64,000 nt of DNA from Blepharisma stoltei ATCC 30299 (lineage: Eukaryota > Protista > Ciliophora). The notes below the pieces were generated by a model. That model was given only the letters and a program-made list of their open reading frames with translations, was not told the origin of the DNA and made no database searches. Below are positions 39,143-53,428 of the stretch, one piece after another. Position 1 is the first letter of the stretch, and each line of letters begins with the position of its first letter. The translations under genes and the position numbers were made by a program. The stretch spans positions 310,001-374,000 of the forward strand of contig CBFDEM010000039.1 of NCBI GenBank assembly GCA_965603825.1, read 5' to 3'.

Positions 39143-40378
39143 ATGGGGCAGCTAAGTTGTAAAACCTGTGACTGTAAGAATAAGGAGCAACTAACAGAAA
39201 TCAAATTCACAGAACCTGATAACACTATTATGGATGACACCTCAAAAATTGAAGAGATGCATGAAGTTCCGGAAACCAACCTTGCCATGTTGTCATATAT
39301 CATACGAATTCAAGCGAATTGGAAAGCTTTTCAGGAACGAAAAATGTGCCGAGTTCTAAGCAAACTTATCCCAAAATTTACTTTTTATTTAAACAGAGAA
39401 GAAATGAGAGAGACTTTGAGTTCTACTCACCCTCCTCCACCGCACCGAGAAAATAAACTTACATATCGATATAAAGATGGTTCTAATTACATAGGAGATT
39501 GAAGAGGTGGGTTTAGAGATGGTTATGGTACGATGACATGAATTTCTGGGGCTCAATACTCAGGCAATTGATCCTGGGGAGTTCCATATGGGTATGGAAA
39601 ATTTACCTTTCCTGATGGAGATCACTTTGAAGGATTTTGGAAAGATTTCAAAGCCTCCTCAAGAGAAAAGGTAAATAGTGAGTCAAAACGTTCAGATGGC
39701 TACTTTTGGCTCCATCAAAAGCAGCAATTTCTAATAAAAGAAGCTCAGCTAGACCCTTTATCTCCTTCAAACCTTGAAAAACTAACAAAAATTTATCAAA
39801 AATTGCAATTTATTAATGCTCAAATTTCTGACTCAATTAAAATCTCAACAAACGCAGGAGTTCCTTCACATAAAGTCTCTATAGGAATAAGAACTTTTAG
39901 ACAAAAAATATATCAAGACGGGAGCTTATATATAGGAGAATGAAAAGGAAATCGACGATGTGGACGAGGTAAATTTGTGAGTAGAATAGGAGAGAGCTAT
40001 GAAGGCGAATGAAAAAATGATATGGAGCATGGCTCTGGGAAAAAGTCATATAGCAATGGAAGTACTTATATAGGCAATTTTGTTATGGGGGAGAGGGAAG
40101 GGCATGGAGAAATGAGATGGGAAGAAGGAAATGTGTATAGAGGAGAATGAAGAAAAAATGAAATTGAGGGAATAGGAGAATGCTGCTGAATTGATGGAAG
40201 AAAATATACTGGAGAATGAAAAGAAGGAAAAAGTGAAGGATTTGGAGTCGAGATTCTAAGCAGTGGAGAAAAATATGAAGGGGAGTGAAGCAATGGGAAA
40301 AGAGAAGGAAAAGGAATATTAGAATGGAGTGGGATTTTAACGGAAGGAGTTTGGAAGGATGGAAATTTTTTAAAATAA
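39143..40378 (+). CDS. MORN-repeat protein with N-terminal acylation-like motif (MGQLSCKTCDC) and IQ-like motif, 411 aa
   Basis: Repeated Y.G.W..G...G.G units in two blocks, with many of the Trp residues encoded by TGA. IRIQANWKAFQERK motif. Single frame to TAA at 40376-40378. Confidence 0.9.
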
Positions 40379-40585
40379 TGGGAAATAATTACAGTAAAAT
40401 CGAGTTTTATATATAAATAAGCAAGCTTCAGTTGTATAATTTATTTAATAAGGTAATAGCGCTGAAAATATTTAAACTAATATTCAAGATTTATAAACTT
40501 CAAAAAATGAATTAAAACATGGTTTCTTCAAACTGCATCAATATTCTGTTCATGAGAAGTATTATATATGCGATATTCATAAGCA

Positions 40586-42236
40586 ATGAATTTCTGCGAA
40601 AATAAACGCTGCAATTGCATTGGAAATGCATTTTGTCTATGCAAATCAAAATTTTACTGTGAAAAGCATCTGAAAGAGCACCTTCAAGCTGAATCAAAAA
40701 ATCATAAATTTGGATTTTCTTATAATAATCCAGATTTGACAACCAAAGACGATATTCTGAGCTTTCTAGATTCTCTTATTGTATTTAAAAAGAGACATAA
40801 ATATAGTCAAATTATATCCTCTATTGAAGAAGGTTCTTGCTTAATGAAAGAATGATACCAAAAATTAAAAAAAATAGTCGAAGATATAGATTATTATCAA
40901 TTTTTAATTATCGAAATTGGTAATGTCAAGAACTTTCTCTAAAAACTGTTAAATTTCCCCAATCATTATTATTTTTTCCTAGTAGAGTGGCAAGCAAATT
41001 ATTAAATCATCATCTCTTGGAAAGATTTCTGAAAATTTTTCTTTAGGGGTTAAAAATGAGATAATTGAGAGTAAAGATATGATAAAGCTGAAGTTAAAAA
41101 TTAATCAAATTTTACTACTAGAAAAGCGTATGAAAAGCATCATTAAAAGCCAAACAAACATAAAACTCCCTAATTTTAATATCACAATGAAATTACTTGA
41201 TGATTCAAAGCAATACTGAGATAATATAAATGGATTAATATCGAATATAAAACAAGTAAAAAATGATCAGAAATCTCTTAAAGTGATTTTCAAGAATTTG
41301 AATGATTATAATTTGGAGCGCTTCTATCGAATTATATACAACGAATTCTTGGAAACTGCCTCTTCTTTTCATAATGCAATTGTCCAAAAAGAAAAAGATT
41401 TAAGCATTCACCATGGTAAAATTATTTACAGCATCTACCGAAGTAATATTTATAGCTATACAGTCATCATACCTTTTGACTGTGATTCTGAAAAGTCTGA
41501 ATACAATATAATAGATAGTGAAAAATACACAAGAAAACCTTTGATCGATATTTCTTCATGTATTACAGCCATTCCAAACTCTGGATTCTTTGTATTTGGA
41601 AGATATTTTACCTCTTGAGATAGGGGAAAAAGTTATGCTGTCATAATTGATGCAAAATTTCAAATGAGAATTATTGAAAATTCATCTAATCGGAGTTATC
41701 CTGGATGTGTTTATTATCAGAATTGTGTTTATGTGTTTGGAGGCACTTGGAATACAGTAATGGGCTTATCTATTGTGGAGAAGTTTAACTTAGAGGCAGA
41801 TAAATGATTTAAATTGTCCCCGCTTCCAAGTCCTTCTTGTTCATGCGCATGTGTAGCTTATTATAATTCAATATTGGTGTCTGGAAATAACCATAGTAAA
41901 GTTTATAAATATGATATTGACATTGACGGATACTCAGAAATTTTAAGCGATTTAAATACTGGAAATAAAGTTTTACTATATGGAAATTCAAGGATTTATG
42001 TAATTGAACAGCCTGGGGCAATTTATGAAAGTGATGCAGAAAATGAGTTCAAATGGAATAAGATTGATAGCTCTTTTATGCATGCTTCAATAGGACAAAC
42101 TTTCTGAGTCTTACACAAAAATTCAATATATTTTTCTCAATGTCAAGGATCATATGCATTTTACTATTATAAATTTAATTTACAAACCAAAAAATTCAAA
42201 ATTCTGAAATCAATTACCATAAGAGGTGGTGAATAG
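40586..42236 (+). pseudogene. Kelch-repeat protein with N-terminal Cys/His motif, disrupted at ~40940-40985 (pseudogene, or an ORF starting at 41079)
   Basis: The N-terminal CNC...FCLC....YCEKHLKEH frame stops at TAA 40940. A different frame is open from 40986 to TAG 42234-42236 with Kelch motifs (VYVFGG, EKFNLEADKW). I found no 15/16-nt intron that bridges the two frames. Confidence 0.6.
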
Positions 42237-42467
42237 AACCAAAAAAAATAGCATTCAAAATTTCTTAATTATTTAATATGCTTTAAAAATAAAATTTTAA
42301 ATACTTATAGACAATTAGCTAATAAAGATATTATTTCCCAATATTTCTAATTAATTAATATTTAAACATAATGAAATATTTGAGTGATCTGAGCCATAAT
42401 TAATATTAGATTTATATTTTCTTATTTTTTAAATTAGATAAAATAAGCCACACTCTTTGCAAAGAAT

Positions 42468-43724
42468 ATGGATGAACTTGCAAGTGTCTTTCAAAATGTC
42501 AAATTTAGCTGTCATTCAGAGTTAAAAAGCTTTTTCTGGGCTCAAATAGCAAAGCGAGCCCTAACAAATAAAGAAAATTGCAATGAAAACCTAAGAAAAA
42601 TGCAAAATGATACAGAGATAAAAATCAGCAAAATTTTATCATACGAAGCCAAGTTGGAAGAATTCTTTAACCGATCTCAAGCAAGCAATTCTAAGTATCC
42701 TTTAGAAGAATATTGCAGCGACGATATAGAAATCGATCAAGGAGGACTCAATAGCTTAATAGAAAAAATAAAAGAGCTATCAAAAGATTTTACAAATTCA
42801 GTGAAATCTACTGAAGAAAACAAAATTTTTGAATTCTTATGTGGGTGTGATAACGAAATCAAAGCAGCCTGTTATCTTTATGCGTACCTTTATAAAGAGT
42901 CTTTTGATAGGTTAATTTCAAAAATCAAAAGCAGATCAGGCTCTTCATTATTCTGTTGCAAGTATCTCTATAACATCTCTGAAGCTCCAGGAAAGAAAAC
43001 CCGCCTGGTTTCTTATGATGCAGACACACTCAAGCTAAAAGTCACATATTTAGATACACCTGAGCCTCTTCACATCCACACATGCGTAGCACAGCTTCCG
43101 AACAATAAAATTTTCTGTTTTGGGAATTCTTGCCCAGTTTCAGGAATCACGCTTATAATAGACTCAAATTGCGACACTAAACGATTAGCCAATGGAACTC
43201 CTTGCTTTGACGCTGGAGCAGCCTACTTAAACAACGCAGTTTATGCTTTCGGAGGTATTACAAAAAATTCTAATTCGCCATCAAATTTTGCTGAAATGTT
43301 TGATTTAACCAAAAATAAATGGTACAGTATACAGCCCCTACCAGCAAGTTCTCGATGGTGTTCTTGTGTTCCATTTAACCGAAGTATTTTAGTTACAGGG
43401 AATTTGCATTCAAAAATATATCAATATGACACAATCATTGATAGCTTTACTGAGCTTCCAATTGAGCTGAAGCGAGGTGAAAAAATCCTTTTTATTGCAA
43501 ACTTCAAAGTTTATGCGATTGATGACACACAGACAGTTTATGAGAGTGAGGTCGGAAATGAATATTCCTGGAAGAAAACAAAGATATCAGGATGTATAGC
43601 CTCTATTCAAAACTATAAAACTTTTCATAAGGACTGCATTTATTCAAGTGGGATAAATCAGTATTCAAAGTTTTGCTATTACAAGTTCAATTTGAGTGAG
43701 AAAAAGCTGGAATATCTAGAATAA
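42468..43724 (+). CDS. Kelch-repeat protein with N-terminal coiled/helical region (418 aa)
   Basis: Intact ORF with CVAQLPNNKIFCFG, VYAFGG and FDLTKNKW motifs. Paralogous to the 38127 and 40586 genes. Confidence 0.9.
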   Translation: MDELASVFQNVKFSCHSELKSFFWAQIAKRALTNKENCNENLRKMQNDTEIKISKILSYEAKLEEFFNRSQASNSKYPLEEYCSDDIEIDQGGLNSLIEKIKELSKDFTNSVKSTEENKIFEFLCGCDNEIKAACYLYAYLYKESFDRLISKIKSRSGSSLFCCKYLYNISEAPGKKTRLVSYDADTLKLKVTYLDTPEPLHIHTCVAQLPNNKIFCFGNSCPVSGITLIIDSNCDTKRLANGTPCFDAGAAYLNNAVYAFGGITKNSNSPSNFAEMFDLTKNKWYSIQPLPASSRWCSCVPFNRSILVTGNLHSKIYQYDTIIDSFTELPIELKRGEKILFIANFKVYAIDDTQTVYESEVGNEYSWKKTKISGCIASIQNYKTFHKDCIYSSGINQYSKFCYYKFNLSEKKLEYLE

Positions 43725-43790
43725 TGCAAACTTAATTTATAAATAAAGCGAAATTTAGTAATTCTATTAGAATTTTAACTATAAAGGTAA

Positions 43791-46700
43791 TTAATTAATA
43801 ATCAGAATCAATGAAAAAGAGACTTGCATGAAATTTCCAAAATCATATAATTCTACAGATAAAGTTGCGACTGTTAAATTAGCCAAAGGAATACCGTTTT
43901 CTGCCTCAATGCAAGCCGGCCATAGTGGATAGTCATTGCAAGCAGTAAAATGGCATGTATAATTCGTAGAAGGATTCAAACTTGATACAGTAAGCGTTGA
44001 GTTTATCTCTGCTGTACTATTTATACAATTTCCATGAGCAGAGGCTGAATTACCATCAAGTGAGTCAATAACTTGCCAGGCATAAGTAGCTTTTGATATT
44101 TCTGAGCTGGTGCATGATACACAAATGATCCCATCCTGCGTTTGCGTTGCAATAAACGTCACTTGTGTGTAGGTTATGCCTGCCAAAATTGGATTTTCAG
44201 TCCATAATGGTGACACCCCTAAGGATACTCCATTTCATGAATAAGTTGGATTTATGCCGACCAAACTGGCTAGCTCATTTGTAGCTTGGATACTATTAAA
44301 GTTAGCAATAATCTTAGCAGAGTCATAAAAAGATTTACTTCTGTCACATAGCACATAATAAATAAAACTCGTGGTGCCTTCGCTTTGAAGCCTTCTAGAA
44401 GATGCGGTCTTTACTCCTGCACTTATAAGCCAATCTGGGTTAATTCCCATATTTTTCCCCAAAATATATCTGATTGGCTCAGTGTTTGTTGTTGAAATAC
44501 CCCCAGGAAAATTAACAGAAAAAGCTTGCATAACCGGGAGCGGTTTTGTAGTGAAACTTTCTATGGTTGGAATATAACTAGAAAAATTAGAAGACAGTCT
44601 ATTATCAAGATATGTCGCAAATGTATATGAAGTGCCCGCCATCAGGAAACTCAAATTAATCAGAATTGGCACTTTTGAGTAAAGAACTTGAGAAGAAGCC
44701 CAAAAAGTTGAGCAGTGCTCGGAATGTTTTCTACGGAAGAATGAGCTGATGTCTGGATCTTTTTTGGGATCATAATCGGTTTCGGTAGCAGCATATTCTT
44801 TATCAAGTTTATCTTGGAGAGTTGCTTGACTATTAGGGATCACAAGATCTGAAGTAAGATTATACAGCTCTTGGAAGGTTGGAATAATTGAGCCAGAACA
44901 AGAAAGATACCAATAGACTACCCCATTTTCTAATGAATTCGCTGTAATAACAACTTCAGTGCCACTAACTATGTCACTTTCAAGTGATATTTTAGCCTGA
45001 GGGGTAGAAATTGCCATTTCTATTACGCGGACTGTTTTTGCTGATGGTGTGGAATATGCAGAAAAATCAGTTCCTTCTAAAGTAAAGCTCACTTTAGGAT
45101 AGTTTACACCTTGGCTGTATGAAGGGGAAACTTCAATCTGAAAGTACAATATATCAATGTCTGGTAAAAATGATAAAGTTGAAGGATAAATTGAAATTTC
45201 TTGCGAATCAGTATTTAATTTTATCATCAAATCATTGGCTGGAGCATACTCAAGACTAATAGCTATCGGAATACTTGTAGTTCCCATATATAGCTTTGGA
45301 ATATCAGCTACATTAATTGAAACTAATGAATTTTCTTGACTACAAACTTCAACCAAAAAGCTCAGTGGTGCACTATAAATCGGATTATCCACTTTCTCTT
45401 GTGTGATTTCCTTAATATCCCAATCAATGCAATAAATTCCATTGTCGATGCTTATATCTGCTGCAACTCTGAAATATATTTTGGACACCATTTGCCACAT
45501 AATTCAATTATGGTGAATAGAGGTATAGCTAAGTTTCCCATTATCTGGATAATTCTCATTAGTTTTTGGCATGATTTTCAACGATTTTGACCTTAAAGGC
45601 CAATTTGATGCCAAGTAAATCGGTATATCTTTGCTTTGAGTTCCAGGGATAATCTGGACCTTATTTGCTATTGTTTTCGGATCATAACCATTGATATCAA
45701 TAAGATACGAGTTTAATGAGTATCCTAAAAATCCTGAATGAAGAACTCCATATGACCTAGAACTGACCAAATGAGTCTTTGTATTTAAGATGCTCACCTC
45801 AAATTTCTCACTAAATAAAGAATATCAGCCAAATGAGGATGGATCTTGGATATCTCATAAATCATCAAAACGCTGCAATCCTCACTCAGGATTATTAATG
45901 TCATAAATATTTAAACGGATACGAGATTGAGACTGAAATTCTTTAGACACCCCAGGCGCAATTAACATAAAAACTGAGGAGCCAGACACTGTGCAACTAC
46001 CATCATTATTTCATGCCATTCCTGCAATCGGATTATTAGAGTCGTCAAAATAAGAGGGAATGCAGCCAACAGCCCTATTGAGGTTTAGTTTCAAATTATA
46101 TTGAGGAGGGAAAGTTATATAAAACACATAGTCAGAATCATATATTCCTGTTGCATATCAATCAAAGAAATATGAAGCCCTATCTGTAGAGAGCTCTGTA
46201 TTTTCTGTAGAAACTCCTTTAAAAGTGACTAAATTAGGTGCAGCTGAAATTGAAACTGTTTTTTTGGTGCCAATAAAAGCTTTGATTGCTTCCAACTCAT
46301 TATATTGCAATATGCTAAAATATCCAGTCACTCCTGCAGAAGGATTTTTGACACTATTAACTGTTAGGTCTATATATTTATTTTCAGCCACTCTATACGA
46401 AATTTCATCTACTATAAGATACCAATGGTCAACCCTACATACAACTTTTCCAAGCAAGCTTGAGCTGCAATCTAAGAATCAATCATCAGGAAAACAATCA
46501 GGGAGGCTTTGAACTGCATCTCCTATATATGCATCAAAGTCTCTAGGAAATTGAATAACAAAATAGTCTCCAATTTCAACAGCCACTTCACTTGAAAAAT
46601 TGAAGGAATACGAAGTGGTTTCTCCAGTATTTTTTCTATCATTCACACTTATCCCTCATATAGAAATTTGCGCATTGATTGAGGGCTCTACTTTGAAAGG

Positions 46701-49700
46701 GATCCCTGGCAAGCTATCACTTGTTATAGTTACAGAATTTCAGGAGGATGAAATTTGTCAGCCATTTGAAGTTACCCCAGCATTTATAGGAAGATCTAAG
46801 GCAGAGTCTAAATATATCTGCACAGTATAGTATTCATCTAATTTTTTTGATAAAATCAATTCAATTTTTCCATTGTTTATATTACAAGACAGGTAATCAA
46901 TATTTGACCAGCAATAATCTTTTATGTCTCCTTGCTGAGTTCAGGTAGAAAAACCTGGAGATATATAAATTATTGTGTTCCATGGGAGTGGTTTTGTAAA
47001 GGAAAAAGTCAGGAAAATATCCACATCTTTTGCTCCTGCAAAATTTGGGTAGGCAATAGCAGAAAGTCCATAACAAGTTCCTGGTAAAGATGAAGAAATT
47101 AGTGAAATTTGCTGAGATAAAGATGAAGCAGTGTCAATAGGAGTATTTCATAGGCCATAAGTTGCTATTGAGCTCACACAATTTGCAGTAGACCCAGAGG
47201 AGGGTGGAAAAGTGTGCAAGATATTTATAATAATTTCTCCAGCTATAAAATTACTAAACCCTGTTATTTCTAAGCTGGTTCCGGAAATCGCACAATTAAC
47301 TTTAGTAGTATCATCATAGTCATCAAGGCCTTCAACTTCACAATTGTTATCGAAATACTGCCAATTCGAATCCAGCGCTATATCTATTTTTCCATTTCCT
47401 GGAATATCATGAATAGTTTTTACCGAAATCGTCATTTCAGTATCAGCTGAATCAGGCCCACGAGTATAAATTTCTTTTGGAGAGCAAGAAATATCATAAT
47501 TATTTATAATTCCAGGGTTGACTGTATTTGTAAGAGTGGCATCAGCTAAATTGCAAGCTCCTCCCACTGTTGTCGCACTAAAAATATTAAAGCTAAATGA
47601 CCCAGAATTATATGGCGCTCTAATATTCGTCAGAGAAATTGTTGTTGGAGTATTAAAAAATGACGTAGAAGCAGTACCTAATATAAATCCAACACTATTA
47701 TAATTAGTATAAGATGATGCATAATATAATGAGCTCATTGGAGAATTGTTTATTTGAAAAATCGGATCAGAAGAAATAGAAAAGCCATATGGAAGATTTA
47801 TCCCTATATAATCTCCTGATGAGGTTGGGGTTGTAAGAGTAGCTCCAGTAATTAAAAGACCACCTATTTCTGAAACTGTCCATGAGCTTGATGTTGATGC
47901 AGAGCTGGCATCAAATAAATGAGAAGATCCACCTAAAGCTATTGAGCCACTTGTGCTTTTATATAAGACATAATGTAAAGTAGGATCACTTAATCTTGTA
48001 TAGTAAACAGTCATTACTGACTGAAATGATGGCAAGGATGTAATATCTCCAGTAGCAATAAAAGTTTTTATGGTGCTTGTCGATGGACTCACAACCCCAA
48101 GTCCTCGAACTTTAATGATGCTGGAACCGCTGCTGCTAACAGTTAAGGATGCATAGGTTCCGTTTACGCTAGAAGAAATAGGGATTAAGTCGCCATCATT
48201 TATATTTAGTCCTAACTTTCCTCCATTGAATATTTCTATTTCAACTGCAAATAAGTTACTTTCTGATGTAAAATCAATAGCCATTATTTTTGCAATAAAA
48301 GTTATTAGAATTGGGATACCAATAGCATTATTGTCAGAACACAGAGGAAGTGTAGCCAATCCTACACCTAAATAATCAGTTGTGAAAGCACTGAAAACTG
48401 AGCTTCCTATTTCAGTTTGTGTCCCTGTAGTCACTTTAGCCCAGCACTCATAAAAAGTTCCTAAGTTTGACTGGACATATGGTAAAGCAGAATTTCCACT
48501 ATACGAAAACACAAGATAATGACCTGCTAGCAAGGCACTTGGATAATATATAATTATTGAGTTAGTCTTTATAGATAGGGTATAAGTAGCTGAGGTATGT
48601 GAACTTAAATACTGTTGAGCTGTAAAAAGATCAATCAAGTCATACACATTTGAACTATCAATATATGATTCAGTTAGAGCAAGAGATGTAGACATCGGAA
48701 GATAAACTTTTATTAGTGTCGACTCAGTCCATGCAACTCCTGCATGCGATTTAATTGCCCAATACAAATCCTTCGATTGGTCAGCACCTATTAAATCTCC
48801 ACTTGACCACGTTGTGTTATAGCCTATTGACGGATATTTATTTGACACAGCAGATTTATATGCGTGATATTGGAATTTTGAGAGCAAAAAGTTACTTGAG
48901 CTGAGTTTTCAAAATACTCCGCTACTTAGAGCATCAATTTTATAGAGAGATGACGTATAAGTTGTGATTGAGTTGATTTTTGCAGCAGTTGAAAAAGTGG
49001 TTAGAAGGGCAATAGACATTTCTCCTGAGGGCTTTCCAATGGAAAATTTTATGGTTACTTGAGTTTTGGAATCAATAGTGCAAGAAGCACCTTCAATATA
49101 GGTTGTTAAGTAGCATAAGGAATTTTGCGAATTTGATCCATCTAAATCTGACCACCAGCTTGGAGTTTTAATATCAACATTTGAAAAATTTATAATACAT
49201 TTCCCTCCTGAAGGGACTTCATGTGGATTTGTAAAAGTGACTTTAGTAAAGATAGTTGCTCCAGCTGGTATGTCGCTTGCCAAAATACTGCTAACCGGTG
49301 CTCAGCTGCTAAGCTTAATCGCCCCTGCTCCTGTACTAACAGGTCCAATTAAAGCTGTATACTGAGCAATTAAAGTATTTGTTCCCCATCTCCATATGTT
49401 TATGCTCCAGCTCTCTTGTGTTGCAAGTCTAGTGTACCCAGGCAAAGTAAATGTTGAGACTCTAATAATTACTGGAAGTGATCCATCTTTAAGAAAAACA
49501 TCTTGAGAAATCCCATAAATATAAATGCTATTTTTCCCAGACTGTCCTGCTTTATATTTTGGGCCTGTTATAGAAGAGCTTTTTTCTGCTAATGCACACG
49601 GTAATTTATTATCAGAATTTGGGCCATATATAACATTTTTTATTCCAGGTATGTCTTGTGAATTACACCTTACAGTTGATGAAGGAGTCCAATTATCATC

Positions 49701-50270
49701 TGGAATTATTTCAATTATATCATGCTTTCATAAATTTATTGTTAAAGTGAATATAAAATAAAGTCCATCAGTAGATTTTACAGCAGGAGTATGATAACCG
49801 CTGACAGTTGAAATCAGTAGAGAATCATCTGTTGTAGCTATAGGAGAAGTCGCTATAAATCCAAAAATATAGTTTATATCGTAAATTTGTCCAGTTTGTG
49901 AAGACCTTGAAACGACTCCAATAGGTCCATGAGCGCCAACTGTTGTTGGTAATTTTAGTCCTGAATAATAAACGGAAGTGTCAGTATTTGCTATTAAAGA
50001 GCTTGAATTGATTATTAGAGAGCGGGTAATGAAAGTTGATGGAAAAATGACTTCAATTATAGAAGAAGAAAGACTTGTGGAAGGTCTGAAAGAGATAGTA
50101 ATGGAAACGACCGAGCCAACATTTGTTTTTGAAACTTCGATAGGGTTATTAACTCAGTTTTCTTTTGGTCATGTGATTCTGCCCGGATCTAGAAAGGAAT
50201 CGTGAGAGCCAATGGAGAGGGCAGAAGTTGTCACGATATGGATGAAGAATAAAATTGAAACGAATTTCAT
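43791..50270 (-). CDS. 2,159-aa secreted/surface protein: signal peptide, Ser/Thr-rich beta-sandwich-like repeats, RRLQ motif, FN3-like domain, hydrophobic C-terminus (possible GPI signal)
   Basis: ATG at 50270 (MKFVSILFFIHIVTTSA). All listed minus-strand pieces share one frame, linked by TGA. Contains LTVSSLNPSTNYTCHFTACN and ends FMQVSFSLILIIN*. Confidence 0.85.
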
Positions 50271-50800
50271 TTTTATATTTTCAAAAAGCAAAGTAAAGAA
50301 AATTGATTTACGACTCATAATTTAAATTCTAAATCATATAATATCATCTTTGAATTTGCTTTAAATTTGGAAATCAAGAATTTATTTAATTTGAATTTAT
50401 GAGTATTCTAAATGAGAATTTTGAGCTTCATATTATGATTTTATTACAATGCTTATTTTGGTGGAAAAATAGTCGTTAGCTGTGGAAATTCTTCTAAAAT
50501 TAAGTTTTGATTCTAACTTTTAATAAAACTGAATAATTAATATAAACCTAGTTTATTTTAAGAGAATACTTAAATATTCTTAGAAAGACAATATTTTATT
50601 AAATTACTGCTTATTTTTAATTTAGAGGTTAATGAAGCTTAAGCTTTATTAATGAATGCAAAAGTCATACTTCTTATATAAAGATTCATAAGAATTAATT
50701 ATTGCGATTTAGACAATAAAATATATATAAATTAAACATTCCATGTGCCTGCATAAAATTCATATTTTTAATAAATGGAAAGCTGTATTATTTAATCAAT

Positions 50801-51331
50801 TTATCTTCTCCGACTAATAGCTTTTCCTGAAGACCTAACACTTTTTGAAGCTGAAGCTTTGCTTGCTGACTTTCCTGGGGTCTTTTTCGGTGTCTTTACT
50901 GGTGTTTTCTTAGGGGTTGTGGTCTTCTTTGGTGTTGGCTCAGATTTTTTAGCGCTTGGCTTTGGCGATTTGTCTGCAGCTTTTGCAGGTGTCTTTTTCT
51001 CATCTACTTTCGGGGCAGGTGCTGGTGCAACTTTTGGTGATTTAGGAGATTTTTGGGATTTAGGGGATTTTGGCGGAACTTTTTTCCCTGAAGATTTTGG
51101 TGCTTTCTTAGCAGGGGTTTTCTTTGGAGTGGCCTTTACAACTGGCTCAGGAGCAGGAGTTGGCTCTACTTTAGCTTCTTCTTTCTTTTCAACTTTTGGC
51201 TTTGCTGCTTGCTTCTTGACTGCAGCCTTTTTAGGAGCTGCTGCCTTCTTGGTAATGACTTTTTTTGGTGCTGCTTTCTTAACTGCTGCTTTCTTTGGTG
51301 CTACTTTGCTTGCTTGTTTTGTTTTTGCCAT
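50801..51331 (-). CDS. Lys/Ala/Pro-rich linker histone H1-like protein without a globular domain (176 aa)
   Basis: Composition dominated by K/A/P with many S/T-P-K-K motifs (TPKK, SPKS). Resembles ciliate macronuclear H1. Confidence 0.7.
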   Translation of the reverse strand: MAKTKQASKVAPKKAAVKKAAPKKVITKKAAAPKKAAVKKQAAKPKVEKKEEAKVEPTPAPEPVVKATPKKTPAKKAPKSSGKKVPPKSPKSQKSPKSPKVAPAPAPKVDEKKTPAKAADKSPKPSAKKSEPTPKKTTTPKKTPVKTPKKTPGKSASKASASKSVRSSGKAISRRR

Positions 51332-51904
51332 ATTAATTATAATCGTGTTTTTAAATTGGTACCAAAAACGCCATTTTTTTAACGATCTGAAATATTATTG
51401 GAGGATTTAGGAGAAAGAGGATAGAAATATCAGCATGATAATTCAAGCTTAGTTAGAGTATTTTTAGGGAATCAAAAGAGTTTTTAATGATTTTAGGCTA
51501 TATTAAATAATAATTGAACATTTTTTCGGTATATTTTTAGTTATAATAGGGACTTATTTTGTATTAAATTTATGGGGGTCATTTTGGATAAAAGTTGAGA
51601 CAAGATATGAAAAAAGTTTTATTAATAGATATTGAGTGCTACAAACTATTTTTTATGGAAAAATTAAGCAGATATTTGCTAAATCGTAAGGAAATATCAT
51701 AGGTTGTAGGCAAAATCGAAAAATTTGTGATCGTAGAAATAAGCATAATTCTTATTATTGAAATCAATGTATAATCTTGAAGAGCCAGTTTTATTAAGAT
51801 TTTATTTATAATAAAGATTTTCGAATATGAGCTGAAAATCTGAATTTAAAAGCACATTTTGTTTTTATTCTATAAAATATGTAAAATATAGTTAAAATCA
51901 ATTT

Positions 51905-53428
51905 TTAGTTAAAAGACTTATCTTCCTTACTCTCAATTTTCTGGCCCTTATTCTTTTTATGTCTTTTTCTTACCTCGCTCTCTTCAGCATTATTATCTTC
52001 TCTTGTACTTTCTTTAAATTCTTCAATTCCATTTAATTCTTCATTTCTTTCACTTTCTTTTTCTCTTTTTCTTCTCTTTCTTTTCTCTTTTTTTCTTTTT
52101 CTTCTTTCCGTTTCGCTTTCTTCCCTTTCTTCTTCAGCCTCCTTATTTTCTTCATTTTCCTTATTTTCTTCTTCTCTTTGAATTTCCGGCTGTGCAGGAT
52201 TTCTTGATGACGTTGAGATATCTTCATCTTGATTTTCTCCATTTAATACCTTTTTACACAGAGGACACTTTGCATTAGTCTGAGTTCATTCATCTATGCA
52301 CTTCACATGAAAAATATGTTCACAAATTAACTTCCTAACTTTTGCTTCACCTTCAAACTCTTCTAAACACACTGAACAAGTTTCTTTTTCTCTCTCTAAG
52401 CTACATCATGCTACCGAAGGATATAACTTTTCCATTTCTTCAGGAGTTAAAGGATTTGCAGGTCTATCATAAAGCATTTGTGCTAATCTTTCTGATCTAA
52501 ACTTAATCATAGTCCTGATAGCAATTGGTATTAAGACACATACAACAAAGACAACAACTACTACAACGACTATTATCCAAATCAAATTTTTACCTGAAGA
52601 ATCGGAATATGTAGTAATTTTGATAGCAAATTCGCAGTTGGCTTCTCCTCTGCAATTTACAGAATAAGTCCACAAATCTCAGTGAGAATTATCATAATCC
52701 ACTGATAAATGAGTTTTTGTTTTTTCAAATGATGCTGAGAATAAATTATAGAACATGCTTGGAAGATATGGATCAGCCCAATAAGGATAGAAATAAAATT
52801 TTGGGTCTCCAGAGAGCTTTTCAAGAGTAGTAGTAAAACCGTAGCTATCTGAAATAGAAAATGCAAAAAATTTTCATTCACTCGGAGACAAGGAAAAAGT
52901 GCTGTTTTCATCAATTTCTGTTATATTATAAAGTATTGAGCAATCATTACCTGAGTATTTTTCTCCACATGAGCAAGATCCTCCTTCACAACTGCTATAA
53001 TTTGCAGAGACGCATCCTGGAAGGCATACGCTGTTTAATTTAGGATATATTGAAATATAATAAGAAACATCTCAGATTTCTGAATAAATTCCAATGTAGT
53101 AAATGCTTCCAACAGATAAATCAGATTGGTGTATAGTAATAAAAGAATTGGCAGAGTTTTGAATTCATGCTTGAAAATCAACATAGTCCGCATCAATAAA
53201 ATAGGTATCAGATGGAATATCATAATAAAAGTTTGGTTTTCCTTCTTTTTTAACTAGCAATATGAGTGGGACACTTGAAGACTTGGATGATAGCTCAATT
53301 GTAAGATTTGATGTAATCATGTCATTAGTTACTTGGAATTGAGTATATACGATATTTGAGTTTTGATTCATTAATTGCAAGGCATCTGATGTTGAATAGG
53401 TGATAAATCATAAAATTGCGAGTAGCAT
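51905..53428 (-). CDS. Single-pass membrane RING-H2 E3 ligase (507 aa) with lumenal domain and charged tail
   Basis: Signal peptide MLLAILWFITYSTSDA, TM segment LIWIIVVVVVVVFVVCVLIPIAI, and RING-H2 CSVCLEEF...LICEHIFHVKCIDEW.....KCPLC. One frame with TGA=Trp. Confidence 0.88.

Noticed and set aside
50859-51410. 183-aa hydrophobic F/G/A-rich ORF on the + strand
   Set aside because: It is the antisense shadow of the K/A/P-rich H1-like gene.
52033-52242. Lys/Arg-rich 69-aa ORF
   Set aside because: It is an alternative frame of the Glu-rich tail of the RING-H2 gene.
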